DNA of 64,000 nucleotides. Source: Atractiella rhizophila (taxonomy: Eukaryota). The DNA lies in contig MU271181.1 in assembly GCA_021432655.1 (NCBI GenBank), positions 77,189 through 141,188 on the forward strand. Reading direction: 5' to 3'. The notes under the pieces are model-generated. The model was not told where the DNA came from and ran no database searches. It worked only from the letters and a program-made list of their open reading frames with translations. Of this stretch, positions 1-12,094 are shown piece by piece. Position numbers and translations under genes: made by a program. How positions within the stretch are numbered: position 1 is the first letter of the stretch; every line of letters begins with the position of its first letter.

Positions 1-180
1 TTGTCACGTGAACCTTGACTAAACTGATACCAAAGTTGCAGTGCTGAGTGGCAAGGAAAGCACAGTACACAGATTGCACAGGTACCAACAAAGGGTAATA
101 ACAGATTGTCTATGGAAGCAGCACACATTTTCTGTTTTGCCATGAAGTATAGAGCATTATGACTTAGATCTTATAACCAA

Positions 181-462
181 CAAGTATGTCAACGGCCTTT
201 GTCCCTCAGGCCCCCCAACCCACTTGCAAGGGGTATGGCCCCTTAAAGCCTACTGTGACCCTTGTAAGGGTTTGAGTCCAGTACAAAACACAATTTTCAA
301 CCCTCTCAGAATAAATTTCCTTGCAGGTTCCAAAAGGGGGAAGCATATGGGATATGATGGTATAATACATTTCATTCTATTGTGCATGGTGAGGAAGGTG
401 TGAGGGCTCAAAAGAGCATCTTATGACTCATACCAAGAACTGATGAATCTTAGAGGATAGGA
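181..462 (-). mobile_element. Non-autonomous mini-Helitron (282 bp)
   Basis: The minus strand begins A|TCCTATCCTCTAAG at 462 and ends ...GACATACTTG|T at 181, giving an AT target and no TSD. The 5' ~150 bp match the Helitron 5' ends at 25710-25865 and 29905-30021. The 3' end resembles the GAGGGAC..GGC..TGACA.ACTTG tail at 4843-4868. Confidence 0.8.
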
Positions 463-1371
463 TTCTAATTCTGGATGCACCTTGAAGGCCATACCTGTGT
501 AATATCTACTTAGAGGTATTGATCTAATATTAAGATGAGTTGTGTACTATCCAGCTCCAAAAAGATAACCACTATTATACTGCCATTGCTTGTCAGATAA
601 TTGTGTCCATAGGAATTGATGGACATTTGCACATTCTCACTTCTCACATCCTACATCACTTTAGTCATATGACCTTTTCCCCTTTCTCTTTCTTCTTCTA
701 TCGCTGATATTTGGCTCAAGGAACAGAAATGGGCTACAGTGATAATTTCTTGCAGATATACAAAACCCCTGCAGTGTGAGATCATGAGTGCATAGCGACA
801 TACGAGACTGCAAGGTGCGAGACCAAAATAAGCGGTGGGTCTCGTACTTGCAAGACAATTCTTCTTATAGCAAAGAGAGTTGAATAATAAGAAAGTACAA
901 CCACAAGTGACATAAAGGCTTAAGGCACACCACGGGTGATGGAAGGAGGAGGCACACAATGCTCCTATGGCCCATCACATTGCAAGTCCTGTCACTTTTG
1001 TGGCTTGCATTTGTGTTGTACCATCTTCAATGTCACTAATGCAGTTTGTGGTGGAAGAATGTTCTCATGCTAATCAATCATTCGGAACCTTGAATCCAAA
1101 ATGGGTACATCATCTCTTGCCTTCCCGACAAATGCTCCGTTCCATACACACCGTACCCTATCCATGCCCGGAGGCATCTCCCAGTTCTGTACCACAGTAA
1201 CCCCATGACCTTCTATCATATTCTTCATATTCTATTCCCTGAGTTGAATATCTGTATTCTTGGTTGAAAGAAAGAATCTACTTATCCTTATATATAAAGC
1301 ACGACGGGTTTTGACCATGACTCACACATGTACTTTTGAGCCCTTATATCACAGCCCACAACAGTCCTTTC

Positions 1372-1627
1372 AAAATTCTGAGCATACAGCAAGAATACAC
1401 GTGTCGGCGCCCTTCGAACCGTATACAGCAAAGCCCATTTGAAAGACGAAAAAAAAATTGTTTTCCCCAACTGACTCATGTGACTTCTTGGTCCACAACA
1501 ACCCCCTTAAAATTCTGAGCATACCACCAGAATACGCGTGTCAGCGCCTTTCCAACCGTATACAATAAAGCTTATTTAAAGGACAAAAAATAGTTGTCTT
1601 CCATGACTGAGTCAAGTGACTGACTTC
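1372..1627 (+). repeat. Degenerate direct repeat (~115-bp unit, period 137) in the Helitron-1 5' region
   Basis: AAAATTCTGAGCATAC..AGAATAC.CGTGTC.GCGCC..AACCGTATACA occurs at 1372 and again at 1509. Confidence 0.8.
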
Positions 1628-1683
1628 GGCACTTTGACAAAAATTTCCTTACGTACTCAAATAAGGCAACAACGTACAGAGGT

Positions 1684-1774
1684 TGCGCGATGGTGTAGTT
1701 GGTGTATGGTTGGGTAGTTGAGTTTTAGCTGATTGGTGTTGGTGTGGGTTCGATTCTCGGTCATGTCACATTTT
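1684..1774 (+). pseudogene. tRNA-derived sequence with Pol III A/B boxes inside Helitron-1
   Basis: A-box TGGTGTAGTTGGT (1691-1703), B-box/T-loop GGGTTCGATTCTC (1746-1758), a decayed acceptor pairing GCGCGA/TCATGT, and TTTT at 1771-1774. No recognisable anticodon arm. Confidence 0.55.
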
Positions 1775-2080
1775 GTCACTGCCAAATCCTATTGTGTGCA
1801 AACTGCGTGCCTGCAATTTCTAATTTCTTCAGAGCTTTCTGAGACTTCTCATGTCATGCGCCAAAAACTGTTGTTTGCCAACTATGAGGGAAAGTGAGCA
1901 AGCATTCATGCAAGTGAAACAGTTTCTTTCACCACAAATATGCTTCCTAACAGTCTACTATAATATCCCTCAGCCTGTTAACATCAAATCAAATCAAGCA
2001 AAAAAAGCATAGGTGTGTGGACTCTGGCTTATATATTCTTCACTCATATCATTTTGTTAACTGCAGCAAGCTACACTCTC

Positions 2081-4651
2081 ATGCCACGTGCAATTCAGAG
2101 AAATCAAACAAGAAATCGAGAGCGTCGATCCAAACGGCATCAATGTCTGCAGCAGGAGGCATCACTACACCAAGGTCGACCTGTAAGAGAGAGGCAACGC
2201 CCTGCACGTTTTAATCCTACTCCACCTACTCCACCTCAACATGAGACAAGATCAACTAGGGCTCCACGTCAGTGTCTGCAGCGCCGTCGAAGCTCTTCAC
2301 TATCTATATCGTCATGACCAGCTCGACGATATCGGAGACAGCGTTCACCCTCCCCTGAGGAGTACAGTGAAGAAGAAGCCCAATGATACCCATCCTCTCC
2401 TGATCCTGATGGTGTGGACAGTAATGAGGATAGGGTATTAATCCCGTTGTTGTGAGGCAAAATAAGGCAACATCACTATCCTGCATTCAACTACTCACCT
2501 GATATGGATCTTGGGGCACACCACCTCTCTACTTGGGGATTACTTTGTACATATTCCAAAGCCTTTCATTGGATGGAAGAGAAGATCGTTAACAGCCCAC
2601 AACGAAATCCAAAGTTTGCATTGTGCTGTCTCCACGGCAAGGTGCTGCTACCTGTTCCACCGCCTCTGCCTGAAGAGCTACGAAAGCTTTTTACACATCA
2701 CAATACAACAGGTAAGTATTTCTATTCAATTTATTGTGTATACATATCTGAGAGGAACAATCATTATAGAGTCAATGGCATTTCGAGAGCATATCAGGAT
2801 ATTCAATAATGCTTTTGCATTTACATCCTTAGGCGTCCGCTAGGTATCAATTCCTGGACATGGTCTCTACTCCTTCAAAATTTAGGGAGAGCTGTGCCAC
2901 CTTATTGGCACTCTTTTACCACAACAAGAAGGGTGTGAAACATTTGCACCAGGTCTACATTACAGATTCAGCTGTACAGACTGAACGAAGAGTTGGCAGC
3001 ACTTCAATATCACTGAATCGTAGGACGCTTGACGACCTTCAGGCTATGCTCTTCTGTGTCAACCCATATCACAGGATCTACAAATTTGCAAAAGAAAGAA
3101 TGGAACAGGATCCCACTACAACACCACATCTTCGCACAGTCACCCCACAAGATAGGGACCCAAGACGCTACAACATTCCTGTAGCCAGTGAAGTTGCTGT
3201 AGTGAGGTAGGAGACGGTAACAGAGAAGAATATGGAGTGGCCAGAGATATTGTCATCCAGCTCAGGGCAACCAGAACCGGTAGCAACTTACAGTGTGTCA
3301 ATGAGCTCAACTCAAATTATCTTCCACTTCGTTTTCCTCTTCTGTTTCCATATGGGGACCAAGGATGGCATCCACAGATTCCATATCGAGACCTGCCTGC
3401 AGATCTTCCTCCTTGCGAGCGAGAGCACTTCAATGATGACGGCATGCAAGTTGGTAATTCTGGGGTTCGACAACGTGTCAGCCAAATGGAGTTCTATTCT
3501 TACATGTTGCATCAATGAAATGATATATTCTCACTCCCTCTCTACGGTGGTCGGCTACTGCAAGAATTGGTAGTCGATGCTTAAGCTCAAATTGAGGCGA
3601 ATCGACTCCGCTATCTGCTGTTCAATCAAGTCTATTCTTCGAGCCGAGGTGTATCAAGGTCTTACGGATGCCCTTGCAGAAGGCTATTCTTTAGAAGATA
3701 TCGGGAGGCGGACTATATTACCATCAAGTTTCACTGGCAGTCCACGTTCAATGAATCAGCTGTTCCAGGATGCAATGACTATAGTTGGTGCCAAAGGACC
3801 CCCAAATATCTTTACAACCTTCACTTGCAACCCACACTGGGCAGAGATCACGGAAGCCGTCCTACCAGGACAACAACCAGAGGATCAACCAGATTTGGTT
3901 TCAAGGGTTTTTCGACTGAAGGCTCTGGAGTACATCAAGGATTTAGTGGTACGACAGATCTTTGGAAGGGTTATCAGATATGTCTGGGTCATTGAATGTC
4001 AGAAGATAGGTCTACCACATGCCCACATCATGTGGATGGCATCAACGATCACTTGATTCAGTGGTTCGAATCCACAGGAGATCGGGTATATTATAGTACA
4101 GATCAAATTATAGATGACGAGGGAGATCTCAGAAATCGCTTCTCTGTCGAGTACCTGAATACCCTGGAGATCTCTGTATTCCCTCCGCATTGTTTACACC
4201 TCAAGACCAGTGCACCCATCATTCTTCTGTGAAATCTCAATCCATCTGCTGGCCTGTGCAATGGCATGCGGTTCATTGTTACCAGCTTCTCCGACGAGTC
4301 ATCGAAGCAACCATCATTACAGGTACACACAGTGGCGAATCAGTTCTCATTCCTCGAATTGGCATGGACAGTGCAGTATCAAACCAGCCTACTTTTCAAT
4401 TCTGGCACTTTCAATTCCCTGTGCGCTTAGCGTTTGCCCTAACTCTGAATAAAGCACAAGGACAATCTGTTGGAGATGTGGGTTTGTACTTAGCGTCTTC
4501 TCCTTTCTCTCATGGGCAGCTTTATGTTGGTCTTTCATGGGTTTCAAACGCAAACAATTTACGAGTATTGGTCAAAACAAAGCAAGGAGAAGAAAACAAG
4601 CAAACAGATAATGTAGTTTACAAGGAAGTGTTACGAGTACTCAATCACTGA
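2081..4651 (+). pseudogene. Helitron RepHel (HUH Rep + PIF1 helicase) pseudogene with a central deletion
   Basis: CCLHGKV, PLRFPLLFPYGDQGW, ILPSSFTGSPR, FTTFTCNPHW and VIECQKIGLPHAHI (Rep motif 2) are joined directly to the helicase C-terminus (QFPVRLAFALTLNKAQGQS, FSHGQLYVGLS). Multiple stops and frameshifts. Confidence 0.92.
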
Positions 4652-4868
4652 TCATCTCTCAGCATGTTCCTAACAGTATAGTCAACTTTCATTGTTTTTT
4701 GAAGACAGTAGAGTACATATGGTGAGTCTTTGCTCGCCGAAGGCGAGGCCCCACGCAGTGGCTGCCAGAGGCAAGAGCTCCACACAGTGGCCGCCGGAGG
4801 CTGGGGTCCAAGGGGCGAAGCCCCTGGCGGGGGGGGATGCCCGAGGGACGAGGGCACTGACACACTTG

Positions 4869-5900
4869 TTGCATATACATAGTAAGGAGAGAGATCTGAG
4901 CAATAATGATAGTCACTCAACTTGTAATAACAGTCGTGAAGAGCCTGGAGGAGATATTCCTTATCCACAGCTGTGTCCATAAGGTCTCTCCCTTCAGAAA
5001 TCCGAGGAGAGAATGTTATACTGCAAGTGTTTGAGAGAGACAAGATGTCTGGCTCGTTGACATGTCATATGTCGCTTGTCGGAAAACTGTGAGCCATTTG
5101 CACACCTGAGCAGTAGTCAGAATTAGAACGTCTGGCATGTAGAAATGTTAAGAGTAGGACAGGTTACACACCCGTTCAACCGAATTCCACTCCTTGTCAC
5201 TCAGATGCAGCATGAACGGAAGCTCATGGTGATCTGAATAAGTTTCAATGACATCATTGTATCGAATTCCAAGGTCCAGCATATCGTGGGTTGATCTCCA
5301 GCATGTCTGAACATCAAGGATGATCATGCATAGGGATTCATCGGAAAGGCTCTTGTAGGTCTTCAAAGTATCCTCCAAAAGATCTAATCAGCTCTTTTGA
5401 TGTTGAGGAGATCCACAAAACGTGTTTGAGGATGGCTTGGAGCTATCAGACGATTGAGAAAGTACAGCAGCATCATAGGAGCAACAAGCATACCTTTGGT
5501 ATCGCTCCATTGACTTTGCTCAAATCCAATTCTACTTTGTTCAATTCCTCCTCACCCAGCTGTGCAGCATTGTCTTGTATGACTGTAGGATCCTCCATCA
5601 CACACTCTTGGTACAATGCATCCTTAGTGAAATCTCTTCAGGCTCAGGTTCCATCCTCATATCTTCTTCTTCTCCATCCTCATCTTGATCGGGCAGAAAT
5701 AGCTGGTCAGGACCTGGCCAATCCACAGGACCTTCCGGTAGGAGAATGGCATGAATGTGCTTGGCTGTAGCACAGAGATATGCTTTGTGGGCATGCAGTG
5801 TTACCTCAGGAATGGAAGTGACGTGCTGAAGGGGTTTCCACAGGGTTGAAAACATCTTGAGCCTGTCTCGATATCCAACATCGTTGAGGGAGGAAGGGCG
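4869..5900 (-). pseudogene. hAT transposase relic, interrupted by Helitron-1
   Basis: ILDVQTCWRSTHDML corresponds to the hAT xDVxTRWNST motif; also LSDKEW and KLSDYHYCSDLSPYYVYA. It probably continues left of 1277 (xxPRI-like remnant). Confidence 0.7.
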
Positions 5901-6241
5901 CCATCCTGAGATGCTGCATGAAAGGGATCATCGTTATCCTCTGCCTGAGAGTGGAGTTGAGTGAGGAGGACAAGGGTCTTGCCATATAAATCTGAGGTTT
6001 TCTATATGCCCAAGTTCAGCATCAGATCGAACCAGTTCTCTGCTCTGTCAACCATCATCCGAGCTCTACTACCCTACTCGGGCTAGTGCCATACCTGTAG
6101 GGCTAGCCTCATGCTCATCAGTACAGCTGACAAGTGGTTGGATGCGGACAAGGTGCTCAATTTTGAGTGGCGGAAATAAATTCCGGAGTGAACGTTACCT
6201 GTCGTAAAATCTTGCCTTAGCCGTTCGCCTTAGTTTGCCTA

Positions 6242-9096
6242 TGGTGCGAAGCACCTAGTCCTAACCAAAGTGTCCAATTCTGAGACTCAAAATGCAATAC
6301 TAACCTTATGGACTATCCCTCTTGTAAATATGTTGCTTTAAGGGTCTAGATGGAAACTACAAGGCAGATTTTCAATTGCGGTTCTTCTTGCTGAGAAGTT
6401 CTTTTTTTCTGCTCAGAAATTGGAACAGAAATCAGGTGCCTACCGTCCCCATCATTGTACGTGCCGTTGTATGCCGGAACCTACAGCTCCAAGGCAAGAA
6501 CCTTAACTTTATGTGAAACATTTGCCCCACCATGCGGCGTTATATCTGTCTGTCCGTCCATCCCAGTCTTTTCCCAGCTTTTCACTCCCACATCTCTCCT
6601 GTTGCTTCTTTGCCACTTTGCCTTTGTAATCTTCTTCCTGAGCTCAGGGTCAATTCACAGGATGTACCAATGGCTGCAGGCCCAGTGATTGGTTCGTCCT
6701 TCTCTGCTTAAGTATGAAATTGATTGTCAACACCTCCCTGTGTCTTCATCACCTAATTCCCCATCTGCTTGCACTCATCTGCATTCCGCCTTGGCTTCTC
6801 TCTTCCGTTCCACCTTGACTCAAGGCATGATAACAGATGGAAAAGCGGTCGAGAACTAAAGATGATGAAGACCTGACACCGCCTTGCTACAGAGGTCGCC
6901 GTTGTAATAAGCACACAAAGGAAGAGAGTGAGATGGAAGGAGCAAGAGATGGAGCAGTACAGGAAGCAAGGAGCAGCAATCCAGAAGTGTCGAGGGAAGG
7001 GAAAGTTTGATACGGAGCTGCAGGTGAGGAGAGTGAGTGCACTGGGATCATTTTATAATCTGATGAAGAGTGGGAAGAGAGGGTGTGTTGAGGCATCAAA
7101 GTATGCAGCAAGTGCAACTCATTTCGGTGAGGTGTATGGAGCAAGATGTATTTGGGTGTGGGCAAGACATTATGAGGAGACAGGAGAGCTTCCAGTCTCA
7201 GACAGAGGTCTGTCTTTAACTTTGACCTTCATTCCTTTACTGATGTGACTACAGGACGGCATGTAAAGACCTACAGCCTGCTGAAAAGCTTTGTGCTGAT
7301 ATGTGTGCAAGGCTCCGTGAGCAGAAATGGAACATGGACCCAACAAAGATCTGCAACTGTACTCTCTCTACACTTATCCCACAGGAGCACCATAAATATG
7401 TTCAACGGAGCTGGAACAACAGATGTCGAAAGGACTGGAAGCATTACCTTGAAATCTCTGTTTTCCCTCATATTCAATACAAACCAGGGAAGCAAGGAAT
7501 TGCTTCGAGCACTGCTTGCCAATGGTTGAAAAGGGAAGGTTTTAAGTGGACCAATTATAAAAAAGGTCTTTATATTGAGTCAGTGGCTTTATGTCTGTGC
7601 TGTCAAAAGAGAACCAGACATTTTTTGCAGTGGCCATGAACGACCAGATGTTGTTCATTACCGTCAGAACATCTTCATTCAGACATGGGAAAGCTTCCTT
7701 CCTCGTATGTGTCAATACAACATTGATGATATTGAGAAAGAGATCAATAAAGACCTCCCTTCTGGTGTTACCGAGGTTGTTGCTGTTTTCCATGATGAGT
7801 CCACCTTCACTGCCAATGACAGTCAGCACCATTCACAGTGCTTGGATGGTCAGTCAAGGCTTCGGAAGAAAGATGCAGGAAGGGAGATTCATCGGTTTGA
7901 TTTTATCTGTCCAACTTATGGCTAGCTAGATGATGCAGGAGAGCAGTTGGAATATGGGAAGACCCATGAGAGAAGCTTATTGAACAGGTATGCTTTTCAG
8001 GTTCGTCCCTTTGAAGGTGATTTTTTTGCAGGTGGAGAAAAGTTTATACCAGTTTTGGAGAGACTGCATCCTTGGGCACACAGCTCTTGTTGTCTTTGAT
8101 AATTCCACAGGGCACAGCGCAATGGCAAGTGATGCACTCAATGTAAGGAACATGAACTTGGGGGCAGATCAGTTGGTTCTCTTCTTAGCAAATCAATGTT
8201 GATGGAATCTTTTGACAGGTGGGAAGCAGCCGGTGATGTGTGAAAGGTAGTGGTGCAAGGATGATATAAAGGTACCTCAACCAATGATGGATGTACAAGG
8301 AGTCCCAAAAGGGATGAGAGCAGTATTGCAGGAGCAAGGTCTCTGGAGGCCAGGCCTATGGGCAAAATGCAAGCACGTTGTGGATCACACTGATGACAAC
8401 ATGTGCTGTGCAGGCAAGTTTTGCTTATCACAGTTTGAAGAAGATATCTGAAGTTGTCACAGAGAGATTGTTGGGCTCTCAACCTGATTTTCTTGAACAG
8501 AAACCTCAATTGCAGGAGTTGCTTGAGCATAAAGGACATCATGCCATCTTCCTACCAAAATTTCACTGTGAAATCAATTGTATTGAGTTTGTATGGGGCC
8601 ATGCAAAGCGATATACACATGGTAAGCACATTGGGCTCCTTATGGTTGATTAATGCTGAAGCTGTTTCCAGCACACTGTGATTACACTTTCGAAGGATTA
8701 CGTCGTACAGTTCCAGAAGCCCCAAAGTCTATCAAACTCTCCAAAATCAGAAAGTTTGAGCATCACTCTCATGGCTGGATCAGAGTTTACAAGGAGGGGA
8801 AGAATGTTATTGATGCTGGATACCAGGTAAAGGAGTAAGCCTCACATTGAAGAATTCCGGAGGCATGAGCTTCGACCGGGGATATTTCTTTCATTTGAAT
8901 CATACTGCCTTCTTGTTCTTTGCCAAATTAATAATACATATGTGCATACATTTGTGCTTCTAAGAATATCAAACTCTTGCAGGTCTGCACTCAGCTTGCA
9001 AGCAAGAAGGGGAAAAATTACGCTCAAAAAAAATTGGGACATGTGAGTCATGATGAGTCATGGTTGGACACTGGGGTTACCTCGCGCTTCGCACCA
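6242..9096 (+). mobile_element. IS630/Tc1/mariner-superfamily DNA transposon, decayed
   Basis: Imperfect TIRs: TGGTGCGAAGC...TAACC..AGTGTCCAA at 6242-6277, with the reverse complement at 9064-9096. TA precedes the left end. Confidence 0.7.
6828..8838 (+). pseudogene. DDE transposase of fungal IS630/Tc1-like type, intron-containing and disrupted
   Basis: GHERPDVVHYRQ, FHDESTFTAND, VFDNSTGH and FLPKFHCEINCIEFVWGHAK. Several stops. Confidence 0.85.
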
Positions 9097-10813
9097 AAAA
9101 GTGCATGGGCATGACTCACACTAAGCCCCTTGGCCCATTGGGGGCCACTGTTTGATAGATTTTTTTTCATGCATGGTTCGGGCACTCCATATCTTGTTTC
9201 TTTCACCTTGCTGGATCCGACAGGTCTTACAGAGTGTTTGGGGATGGCAAGGTGCTTTTAAATCCCATTTACTTCGGTGACGCCGTCAGGCCGCGATTTT
9301 TTTTGCTCTCAGCATCCGGTGGACTCAACGCAGCCAATTCAAGTCCCGACGAGGGAGGAAGGAAAGAGCCAAGGGACAGCTACGGTGCGTCGCCTGTTCA
9401 GGTAAGAGTTAGGGTTGTGGTCATTGGGGCAAAGGACAGAAAAGTGCCACCCATAATCTGTTATTGCTATTGCATGGCAGGCTTGCGCTATAAGCGCCTT
9501 TGCTCGGTCATCTTCCATTGTCGAGTTGTTGTTAATAGGGAATGAAATCCTTGCCTGTGCGTAATAGAAGATGCTGGCCACACGCATCCTTAAACAGGAA
9601 CTTCGCAGTTTGAGGAGCTGGGCTGACCGGGTTCCAGAGGGTCAGACCCGACTCAGGGTTATGGATCGATGTTGCTGGAACCATCGTGGACTGGTTTGAC
9701 GGAGTCGCACCATGACAGGCCAACTGCCTAGGGGGCGGGTGAACCGCCAACCGTGGAATACCGCTCTCCCGTTTTAATGCCCCCCCTAAATTTGAGGCGC
9801 CTGCAAGAAGCGAAGTCGCCTTTAAATGGTGCTCCAAAGAATGACCATCAACCTGCTCTGGCTCACCTTCCGGACACCTGGATATAGAGGAAGTAGAAGA
9901 GATGCTGAATGGCAATGCCAGACGTGAACCCTGGACCAACCTCGCAGCCACACGAGTCCATCACTCAATGAAGGAAAGTGCTCTACACGATTCATGTCCA
10001 ATACCCTTCGATACGACGTGGAGAGATCTTTGTGTGAATGGCGGTGCTTCGACTAACTCACAAACCTGCGGGTAAAACTAAGAGGACAGGTATGAGCTAG
10101 CTTACAAGAGTAGATCGAGTTACTTACGGATTACTATTAGTCTGGAGAACTAAACCCGTGTAGACCGTACAATCTGCAAGAGAATAAATCTTGCTCGTTG
10201 CCTACCTCCAGACCTAAATTTCCCCTTGTTGCATTCATCAAGGCGTTTCAATGATAGCGATCAGCGACCTGATTCATTAGCTCGATCGCAAAGTTTGGAG
10301 CCCCTGTCTCAGACAATGACATGGAACTGGATCTCCAAATTCAGATGTGAAGGGCTCGATCAAAGGATTCCAACATTAGAAAGCGGGTTGTTTTAGCTTT
10401 CAACAAACCAAGATTGTTCAAAGCGGGCCGAATGCGACAACTACATCACAGTCCGGCAAGAAGCCTGGAGAGTTGGAAGAGAAGAACACAAGAGCTGACT
10501 ACCGGAAAGGGGTCACAACAACCCTAAAACAGATGACGAGGTTGAGGCCCTAAACGCAGCTGGAATGAAGTGAGGCAGTTCGCCCACCAGTGAAAACTCA
10601 GCCTGGTCGCTCTCATAGATAGAGCCAGCCAGGGTTTTTGCTGTTCATAACCACTGATCTGAAGCATTGTTCCGATGTGAAGATCGGATTCATCCGTGGC
10701 CTCGATTCCTCCATGGCTGCGCCAGTAGGGGGCGAGGACAGGAGTTCAGACGAGAGCATGGAAGAACAGACGCCCCATGTCGATGCTGCTAACATCTTCC
10801 CCCACCTCCTTAA

Positions 10814-11188
10814 TCACGAGCCGAGATAACAGAACGAGCTCGCTCTTCCGTCACGTCGTGTCAAGTCTGTTTCCCCCTCCCACCTCCTCTCTCTGCGGAG
10901 GAAACGAGCAATATCACCAACGTCAACATCTGTAATTCGACTTGGACCTTCCAGCCGTTCCTTGCGCACCGAATCTTTCATCGGCTGCATCCCCTGCTCG
11001 GTCCGAAGATTGCGAGCCCTCAATTCCCTGAAAGTAATAAACCCAAATCCTCTGCTTTTGGTCGTGTCTACCTTATCCATCATGATGTGACAATCTTGAA
11101 TCGGTCCATATTGTACGAAGCGGGCTCGAAGTCTGTCCTGCTCGCGCTGGTAAGGAAGATTTCCAACGTATAGTTTCCTGGGTGTCAT
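10814..11188 (-). CDS. RRM-containing protein, partial or divergent; possible further exons toward ~9350
   Basis: RNP2 KLYVGNL and RNP1 SRGFGFITF are present; similarity is lost after beta-3. A GTAAGT...TTAG intron-like segment lies on the same strand at ~10080-10128. Confidence 0.6.
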   Translation of the reverse strand: MTPRKLYVGNLPYQREQDRLRARFVQYGPIQDCHIMMDKVDTTKSRGFGFITFRELRARNLRTEQGMQPMKDSVRKERLEGPSRITDVDVGDIARFLRRERRWEGETDLTRRDGRASSFCYLGS

Positions 11189-12094
11189 TTGGTAGCGATG
11201 ACAGAAGACAGAGCGGTAAGAAATGATGTGACAGTGGGAGAAAGAACTCGACGAACCGACGAACCCATTTTTGTAACAACTGGGCAGTCAACAATGGATG
11301 GCAATTCCGCCCTCACGAATTTGACCTCAGTACCTTGCCAAGAAAGGGACGAAGTTTCAGCGGAGGCCGATTTCCGCTGCGAGAGCAAGATTCTGAGGAG
11401 GCAGGTCGAAGGACCTCTGCGCCAGCGCGGGATTTCGGTATCCGTGGGAGCTGCGTCCTGACATCGGATATCGGCATCCGCGCCGGGCTTTCAAATCCTT
11501 CTTTTCCTCCACTGCTATTCACACCAACACCGGTTGGTTTGATCTCTTGCTAACTTATGTGACGACATTTCGATCAAACTCTGCATTTGACTGTGCAGGG
11601 CACAGCTCATTTCAGATAATTTTCCAACGGCAGTATAGAGAGGAGGTGATGGGCTGAGTTTCCGTGTCCGTGAGTAGTTCGTGTTCCCGTCTTTGCGCAA
11701 AGCATTCCATGCATCCACCATCCAATCTTCCATCCTGATTCCAGTCATTGCAACAGAGCTCCAACATCGTCATGAAGCAGCGACGAAGTTCTCTCATCCT
11801 GTACTTGGAGTGGCCTCATTTACCTTGATTCTTCCATACTGCGCCACCGTCAACGTTCCCTTCCATTGCAATCACCACGATTCACGAAAGTTCATGTTCG
11901 TTAGCATTGTGCTGGCAATGGTTTGTGAGGTGAGTCCTTTGGTTCTTTGAGGACATGAGGGTTCATCATGGGTACTGCCGCTGCATGATGGTCTTGGAGC
12001 CAGAGACCCAAAAGTTACCGTCAAAGTCTCGCTGCTTTTGCAACTCTCCTGTATAAAAGCAGCCTGCCTTTTCAAGCTTTCCTCAATCAGAAAA

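Larger units (their letters stand above)
1277..4868 (+). mobile_element. Helitron-1, internally deleted
   Basis: 5' end A|TCTACTTATCCTTATATATAAAG. 3' end has GC-rich hairpins (AGGGGCGAAGCCCCT; TGCCC..GGGCA 12 nt from the end) and then CACACTTG|T. RepHel fragments lie inside. Confidence 0.88.

Noticed and set aside
4730..4868. Fanzor/TnpB omega-RNA at the element end
   Set aside because: No RuvC/TnpB-like ORF was seen in the window, and the hairpins are explained as Helitron 3' signals.
9238..9256. TTGGGGATGGCAAGG as a hAT left TIR
   Set aside because: It mismatches the TIR and has no subterminal repeats or partner end.
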